NCBI GenBank assembly: GCA_964016885.1
Contig: OZ024746.1
Coordinates: 3,782,001-3,846,000 of the forward strand
DNA: 64,000 nucleotides
Source of the DNA: Eledone cirrhosa
Lineage: Eukaryota
Reading direction: 5' to 3'
This document shows, in pieces, positions 55,879 through 64,000 of this stretch. The notes under the pieces were generated by a model. That model was not told the origin of the DNA, did no database searches, and saw only the letters and a program-made list of their open reading frames with translations. A program made the translations under genes and the position numbers. Every line of letters begins with the position of its first letter. Within the stretch, counting starts at the first letter, position 1.

Positions 55879-56212
55879 TTCTCGGGTCCCAAATAATAGG
55901 GGGTGGGGAAATAAGAGGGGTGGGGTGGAATAAGAGAGAGGGGTGTCAGTAATTTTTCTAGGTTGTCTCCGTTTATTTTTAAAAAAAACAGAATTAGTCG
56001 TTTAGTTTACATATTGAGACCCCAATTCTATTTATTTTATAAAGTATGGGATTTCTATCAATGTCCTTGTTTTGTCATGTATTATGTTATTTAATTTATA
56101 AAAAAATATTTCGTCGGAGATAGATTAGCAAAACATAATAAGCAGTGGGTGGTGGGAACATTCTGAAAAATTAATAACCGGGAGTTTGGGACAATTATTC
56201 GAGACCCGAGAT
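55879..56212. mobile_element. TA-flanked Tc1/pogo-like MITE
   Basis: TA|ttctcgggtcccaaataat ... attattcgagacccgagat|TA. Confidence 0.7.
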
Positions 56213-56386
56213 TATATGGATGAAAGCCAGTCTCAGGCTCTTTTGATTTTAGGTTATTTCCAATCATTATTGATATCTTTTTATTTAATAAATATACAAT
56301 GTTCATGCAACCAATAAATACCTCCCAAACATTGGCCACAGAAAGGTTAAACCCCTCCTCCACCCCACAACTATTTACCATTTAAT

Positions 56387-56573
56387 ATAATTGTTTCTAC
56401 CTTTGGCACAAGGCCAGCAATTATACCAGTGCATTACTGGTACTTTATTTTATCGACCCGTTAAAGGCAAAGTTAACCTCGGTGAGATTTGAACTCTGAA
56501 CATAAAGGGCCGTAACTCTTTGCTGCAAAGCATGGCGTCCGACCCTCTACCGATACTGCCAATCCACCACCCT
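56387..56573 (-). mobile_element. SINE group A whose 5' head seeds the adjacent array
   Basis: Tail at 56387, B box (gatttgaactc) at about 56486, head at 56529-56573. Confidence 0.9.
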
Positions 56574-59408
56574 AACATGGCGTCCGACCCTCTACCGATA
56601 CTGCCAATCCACCGCCCTAGCATGGCGTCCGACCCTCTACTGATACTGCCAATCTACCACCCTAGCATGGCGTCCGACCCTCTACTGATACTGCCAATCC
56701 ACCGCCCTAGCATGGCGTCCGACCCTCTACTGATACTGCCAATCCACCACCCTAGCATGGCGTCCGACCCTCTACCGATACTGCCAATCCACCACCCTAA
56801 CATGGCGTCCGACCCTCTACTGATACTGCCAATCCACCACCCTAGCATGGCGTCCGACCCTCTACTGATACTACCAATCCACCGCCCTAGCATGGTGTCC
56901 GACCCTCTACCGATACTGCCAATCCACCACCCTAGCATGGCGTCCGACCCTCTACAGATAGTGCCAATCCACCACCCTAGCATGGCGTCCGACCCTCTAC
57001 CGATACTACCAATCCACCACCCTAGCATGGCGTCCGACCCTCTACAGATAGTGCCAATCCACCACCCTAGCATGGCATCCGACCCTCTACCGATACTACC
57101 AATCCACCACCCTAGCATGGCGTCCGACCCTCTACCGATACTGCCAATCCACCACCCTAGCATGGCGTCCGACCCTCTACCGATACTGCCAATCCACCGC
57201 CCTAGCATGGCGTCCGACCCTCTACCGATACTGCCAATCCACCACCCTAGCATGGCGTCCGACCCTCTACCGATACTGCCAATCCACCGCCCTAGCATGG
57301 CGTCCGACCCTCTACCGATACTGCCAATCCACCGCCCTAGCATGGCGTCCGACCCTCTACCGATACTGCCAAACCACCACCCTAGCATGGCGTCCGACCC
57401 TCTACTGATACTGCCAATCCACCCCCCTAGCATGGCGTCCGACCCTCTACAGATACTGCCAATCCACCACCCTAGCATGGCGTCCGACCCTCTACTGATA
57501 CTGCCAATCCACCACCCTAGCATGGCGTCCGACCCTCTACAGATACTGCCAAACCACCGCCCTAGCATGGCGTCCGACCCTCTACCTATACTGCCAAACC
57601 ACCGCCCAAGCATGGCGTCCGACCCTCTACCTATACTGCCAATCCACCGCCCTAGCATGGCGTCCGACCCTCTACCTATACTGCCAATCCACCACCCTAG
57701 CATGGCGTCCGACCCTCTACTGATACTGCCAATCCACCACCCTAGCATGGCGTCCGACCCTCTACAGATACTGCCAAACCACCGCCCTAGCATGGCGTCC
57801 GACCCTCTACCTATACTGCCAATCCACCGCCCTAGCATGGCGTCCGACCCTCTACCGATACTGCCAATCCACCACCCTAGCATGGCGTCCGACCCTCTAC
57901 CGATACTGCCAATCCACCGCCCTAGCATGGCGTCCGACCCTCTACTGATACTGCCAATCCACCACCCTAGCATGGCGTCCGACCCTCTACTGATACTGCC
58001 AATCCACCACCCTAGCATGGCGTCCGACCCTCTACTGATACTGCCAATTCACCGCCCTATCATGGCGTCCGACCCTCTACCGATACTGCCAATCCACCGC
58101 CCTAGCATGCCGTCCGACCCTCTACAGATACTGCCAATCCACCACCCTAGCATGGCGTCCGACCCTCTACAGATACTGCCAATCCACCACCCTAGCATGG
58201 CGTCCGACCCTCTACTGATACTGCCAATCCACCACCCTAGCATGGCGTCCGACCCTCTACAGATACTGCCAATCCACCACCCTAGCATGGCGTCCGACCC
58301 TCTACTGATACTGCCAATCCACCACCCTAGCATGGCGTCCGACCCTCTACTGATACTGCCAATCCACCACCCTAGCATGGCGTCAGACTCTCTACTGATA
58401 CTGCCAATCCACCACCCTAGCGTGGCGTCCGACCCTCTACCTATACTGCCAAACCACCGCCCTAGCATGGCGTCCGACCCTCTACCTATACTGCCAAACC
58501 ACCACCCTAGCATGGCGTCCGACCCTCTACCTATACTGCCAAACCACCGCCCTAGCATGGCGTCCGACCCTCTACCTATACTGCCAAACCACCGCCCTAG
58601 CATGGCGTCCGACCCTCTACCTATACTGCCAAACCACCACCCTAGCATGGCGTCCGACCCTCTACTGATACTGCCAATCCACCGCCCTAGCATGGCGTCC
58701 GACCCTCTACTGATACTACCAATCCACCACCCTAGCATGGCGTCCGACCCTCTACAGATACTGCCAATCCACCACCCTAGCATGGCGTCCGACCCTCTAC
58801 TGATACTGCCAATCCACCGCCCTAGCATGGCGTCCGACCCTCTACTGATACTGCCAATCCACCACCCTAGCATGGCGTCCGACCCTCTACTGATACTACC
58901 AATCCACCACCCTAGCATGGCGTCCGACCCTCTACAGATACTGCCAATCCACCACCCTAGCATGGCGTCCGACCCTCTACAGATACTGCCAATCCACCGC
59001 CCTAGCATGGCATCCGACCCTCTACAGATACTGCCAATCCACCACCCTAGCATGGCGTCCGACCCTCTACAGATACTGCCAATCCACCACCCTAGCATGG
59101 CGTCCGACCCTCTACTGATACTGCCAATCCACCACCCTAGCATGGCGTCAGACTCTCTACTGATACTGCCAATCCACCACCCTAGCATGGCGTCCGACCC
59201 TCTACAGATACTGCCAATCCACCACCCTAGCATGGCGTCCGACCCTCTACAGATACTGCCAATCCACCGCCCTAGCATGGCATCCGACCCTCTACAGATA
59301 CTGCCAATCCACCACCCTAGCATGGCGTCAGACTCTCTACTGATACTGCCAATCCACCACCCTAGCATGGCGTCCGACCCTCTACAGATACTGCCAATCC
59401 ACCACCCT
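56529..59408 (-). repeat. 45-bp tandem array, about 64 copies, derived from the SINE A tRNA head
   Basis: Unit agcatggcgtccgaccctctac(c/t/a)gatactgccaatccacc(a/g)ccct. Its reverse complement matches ggcggtgaattggcagtatcggtagagggtcgggcgccatgct at 24111-24153. Confidence 0.97.
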
Positions 59409-59595
59409 ATATAATATGCAGGTGTTATAAGTTTATTTTTCAGCATCTTTTAGTAAATTACAGAGCGAAGATTGTTTGTTCTACTGACACTGAAGTATGA
59501 CTTTATTCTGATATATTCAACTAATGATGATAGGATGTTTCACTGGAAACACCGCAAGGTAGCATCTAAATTGAAGATATCAAAGAGCTAGATTC

Positions 59596-60025
<430 letters not shown>

Positions 60026-62709
60026 CCAGGACTCCACATACACATATTTATGTGTAAAATTACATTTTCTTCATCTTCAGACTGAACCCTAAGAAACATA
60101 AACTAAGTCTTCAGCTGATTTAAATATACGGAAAATAATGTCTTTTTCTTTTGATCTATGAAATATAATGAAGCAAAATTAATGAGCCAAAATATATTAT
60201 TCCAATAAATTAAAAATATACCCGCAGTGAAGAGAAAAGCCATTAGCTCTCACGATTAATTCCCATAAAAAATGATAATTCTCATCAAGACTCACTTCTT
60301 ATTGTAAATATTCAATGTTTAATTAATTTGGACTTAGGAGTTGATTATCTTGACAAGAATTTATAATTTAAGTTAATAATTTTTTCCTCGCGAATTCATT
60401 TTTTGTTTTTGTTCTCTACATTATGAAGTCACACAGTCACGTTGTTAGGGTGTTATGTTCACGACTCTAGGGTTGCAGGTTCGATACTAGGACTTTGCAA
60501 GGAACTTCATTTCACCTTGCTCAAGTCTTCTTAACTGAAAATATAAGTGATAGAGACAATTAAGGGTTAACCCTGCGATGGAGTGGTGTCCCCTTCACGA
60601 ATGAGTCTTATACCCAGTCACTTAACACCTCCTCATGGTACCTATAGGTAAGTCACTTAACAGATCCTCATGATACCCAGGTAAGTCATGGTACCTAAGT
60701 AAGTCACTTAACACCGCATGATACCCAGGTAAACCTCCTAGGGTATATATCTGTTTCTTTTAAGATACTTTCATCAATTGAACATCTCCCCCTCCCTCGG
60801 AGTTACTCCGTAGTTAAGTTCTTCACGATATTATTTAATGTGTTTTTGTATTTTAAGATGAAATTGGGTGGGGTACACTTTGGAAGAGATTTGACTTGCT
60901 ATTTCTAGCAAATCAAGTGACCAATTAGAGGTTCGTTGGTTGAATACAACTTGGTGTTGTTGAGTAGCCCCAAATATATCTGGTCAACGGTATACAAGCC
61001 AGAAACATCTCATTTTTAGTTGTGGTATACATTATCCAATGTATACTTCCTCTTTTAATATGGTAGGATGCAGTTTGAGTGTGATTTGACTGCTATATCT
61101 AGCATATCAAGCGACTGCAGAGAAGTTCTCCCAATAATTTCGTTGAACTGAACTCAATTAAACTGGCAGTGTTGTTGCTTTTCCGTAAAACATTTTCTTA
61201 AAACAGATAAAAGTCCGTAGAGAAGAGAATCTTATTTCCCTTTGGCTACAATTGATTCATTGATTTTATTTGTGGAAATCTATTTTGTTTTGTTTTTAGT
61301 TGAACATCTTAACGGACCTGAGAAGAAAGTTAGACTGAATGAAAAGTTATCCATATCGTATTGCGCTCGCCTTCATGTCTCCGTATTTCGTATGTTACAT
61401 TGATGTTCCCACCACAACAAAAAATGATAAAGCACGTAAGATAAAGAAGATATATTATTCAAACAATATCAGATGTCAGTCGCCATGTTAAAGTGAAGTG
61501 AAAACTAGAAATGTTGAAGGATTCAGTTGGTAGTGGTGGTGGTTGAGGCGTAGTGAGAATACGGAAGTTCCATTTCGTTCCCGGTTTTGTCACGTTTCGT
61601 CAACCCCGCCCTTACACAACTACATTGATATAACTACCTTGTTTTACATAATAAATGATATCCACTGAAAACCTGTTGACATAACGTGCAACAATGTTAC
61701 TTTACTGCAAACACTCGTTATAAGAATTAAGCAAAGGATATTTCCCTTTGAATCGTAATTAACACAGAAGATGTGTTAGACAGAAGGGTCCAGAACTGAG
61801 AGGAGAATGAGAAAGTGTGAGAAAGAGAGAGAAAGAAGAGAGGGAGGGAGGGAGGGAGAGAGAGAGAACGTGGGAGGCAGTAGATATGTAGGCAAGATAT
61901 ATAGGATGGGGTTAAACAAGCCCATGGGAAACCCCATTCCTTGTTATTGTTAAATTAAAGGTCTAAGTATAAATTATATATAAAAAAAAGAAAAGAGGCA
62001 ATATGAATGGGAGTGAGGGGGGGGGGGGGATAAAGAGGGAGTGAACGAGGCAACAGAAGCAACAAAGAGTAAGAAAATGTTAGAGAACGAAAGAGAAGAA
62101 AGCGAGAAAAAGGTGTAGTAAAAGAAAGCTATTATCTTGTCAATCTGTGTTATCTAAATTAATTTCATGATTTAAAAGAAAGACCTGTAAATAAGCCTTC
62201 TGTTAGGTCATGTGAACAATAATATATACTACTAATTATATGTTGGCTGTGTGTTAAAGCACACACCACACCACTAACAATGGAACTTCTGTGGTTGTCC
62301 ACACCCTACAGTAGGTTCTCACAGCCCGGTTATAACCCATTTGCTACTACGAAACCCACAGCAGAGTTATTTATTCAAGTGCGTCGAAGGTTTTCTATTC
62401 ACCTCTGACACGAGAAATCGGACTGAAAACCGTTTTATGAACTCTTTGCGATATCATCATCATCGTCGTAGTTTGACATGACATCTTAGCTCACTGAGTA
62501 GGATGACCTCCACTGGTCCCATTTCTGTCAGTCTAGTTATCATTGTTAACCACCAGTTGTCCCTCAGGGTCAATATCATTAATTTATTCTGACTTCTGTA
62601 TCCATGAGATTTTACAAAGCATAGTAATCAATTAGGTAGAAGTGCTAACACAACAGTTAGTTCACCATGCAGGAAGAAGAACCGTTCTTTCGTATAACCA
62701 TGACCAGTA

Positions 62710-62747
62710 CGAGCTGAAGATCCGCTAAGGTGAAACAATTGTTCTCG
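62710..62747 (+). ncRNA. Minimal type I hammerhead motif in a module (about 62640-62855) with an inverted head, ending in (TA)n
   Basis: cgag-CTGAAGA-t CC gctaa GG t-GAAA-CAATTG-TT-ctcg; stem I cgag/ctcg; aataaa downstream; 62648-62669 is inverted relative to 62750-62771. Confidence 0.7.
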
Positions 62748-63134
62748 GTATGGTGAACTAACTGTTGTGTTACCACTACCCCACTCTCAAGAGCGTGAAA
62801 CTAATAAACCTTTGTTCGTACTGCCTCTGTTTTGTTCCGGTTCAATTTTTTACTATATATATATATATATAATTAACGCCAACAAGCCATAGAAGGAGAT
62901 TCTAGAAGTCGCTAGATCTACTAACAATTGCAGCTATATCACCTTCTAACCACTGCTACCATCTAAAACTCACAAGGAAACATTGCTTAATGTAATCGTG
63001 GACACTCTTAAGTCGGTTGGTGAAGTCTAGAAACATGTTTGATTTCAGCTCCTTGGAACAACAACTACAACAACATAACAACAATGAGGCTGGCGACGGG
63101 GATGACGAAGGTGTCTGCTAATGATTCATAGTTT

Positions 63135-63386
63135 TGTTGTTGTTGTTACATCTCACACCTATGCAAGTTTAGCTGGCCTCCCCCAAGGTATATCTCCTTG
63201 GCGGTGTCTTGGGTGATTTAATGATAGGGACCCCAGTCCTATCATTTCTACAGCTGAGTAAACTGGAGCAACGTGAAATAAAGTGTCTTGCTCAAGGAAA
63301 CAACACATCACCCGGTCTGAGAATTGAACTCACAACCTTTCGATTGCAAGTCCGAAGCTCTAACCACTAAGCCATGCGCCTTCACC
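63135..63386 (-). mobile_element. SINE group B, full length, tail type 2
   Basis: Reverse complement of 21011-21266 with an (aac)n end. Confidence 0.85.
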
Positions 63387-63705
63387 GTAGTAACATGATT
63401 CATAGTAACAAATAGTGATTCATAAAACTTCCTTCTGAATCGCTATTTGTTATGTAATCAACGCTGGTTTCCGCTTGCTAGTAAAATAGAAATGTGTACT
63501 GATCTAGTTATTTATAATATTGGTAACAGTTTTTGTTCTACTCAGCAGAGCTTAGTGTTGGCTTCACTTGCTGCATAAAGACAGCAACTGTGTAGTCAGT
63601 CATGTTTCTATGAGCGTATCTTTACTTTCTTGTTCATACACACACAAGCATACACAGGCATACATACATACATTATGATGACCGTAACTAAGCATGAGCA
63701 GCCAA

Positions 63706-63802
<97 letters not shown>

Positions 63803-64000
63803 CACCTGAACTCCCACCAGGAAATCTTTCGTATCATTGAATTTTGTTTGCTTCTTGCATTCCAAGACTCTACCACTTCTCCTCTACTACTATCTTCTTA
63901 CTCCACCGTCTTCTTATCGACCTTCTATTTTTCACTCCCACCCTAGTACCTTCAATAATTCCAACCCACCCGTTCCCTCAATCTATCTTATTTCTCATTC

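Noticed and set aside
56529-59408. CRISPR-like array (also considered for 28075-28613, 32847-34027 and 41596-42152)
   Set aside because: Units are head-to-tail with no unique spacers, there are no cas genes, and the context is eukaryotic.
56520-59414. 964-aa ORF (and antisense 454- and 465-aa ORFs) as a repetitive structural protein gene
   Set aside because: It is the translation of a 45-bp SINE-head array. It starts at TTG inside the SINE, has no unique domain or signal peptide, and is open only because the unit is a stop-free multiple of 3.

Overview
AT-rich, microsatellite-saturated animal genomic DNA. The SINE, LINE and MITE repertoire and the very high (TA)n/(CA)n load suggest a coleoid cephalopod such as Octopus (inference, no database search). 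I cannot support any intact host protein-coding gene: nearly all long ORFs are translations of simple repeats. The window is a mosaic of two tRNA-derived SINE groups, 5'-truncated LINE relics (RTE group, CRE-like, L1/Tx1), an internally deleted mariner with long TIRs, several MITEs (mariner, Tc1/pogo-like, hAT, piggyBac-like) and minisatellites of 28, 45, 46 and 55 bp. Three signals stand out. (1) About ten apparently different short modules, mostly in or beside (TA)n tracts, carry minimal type I hammerhead ribozyme motifs (CTGANGA-stem II-GAAA-short, often palindromic stem III-UH-stem I), frequently as fold-back inverted duplications. This is the signature of Penelope-like element pseudo-LTRs or retrozymes; one family is present 5 times with a stereotyped inverted head. 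(2) A 2.9-kb array holds about 64 copies of the 45-bp A-box-bearing 5' head of a SINE, still attached to that SINE. (3) Two independent copies of one RTE-group LINE family have TSD-bounded twin-priming-type 5' inversions. All RNA folds and alignments were done by eye, and coordinates of degenerate elements are approximate.
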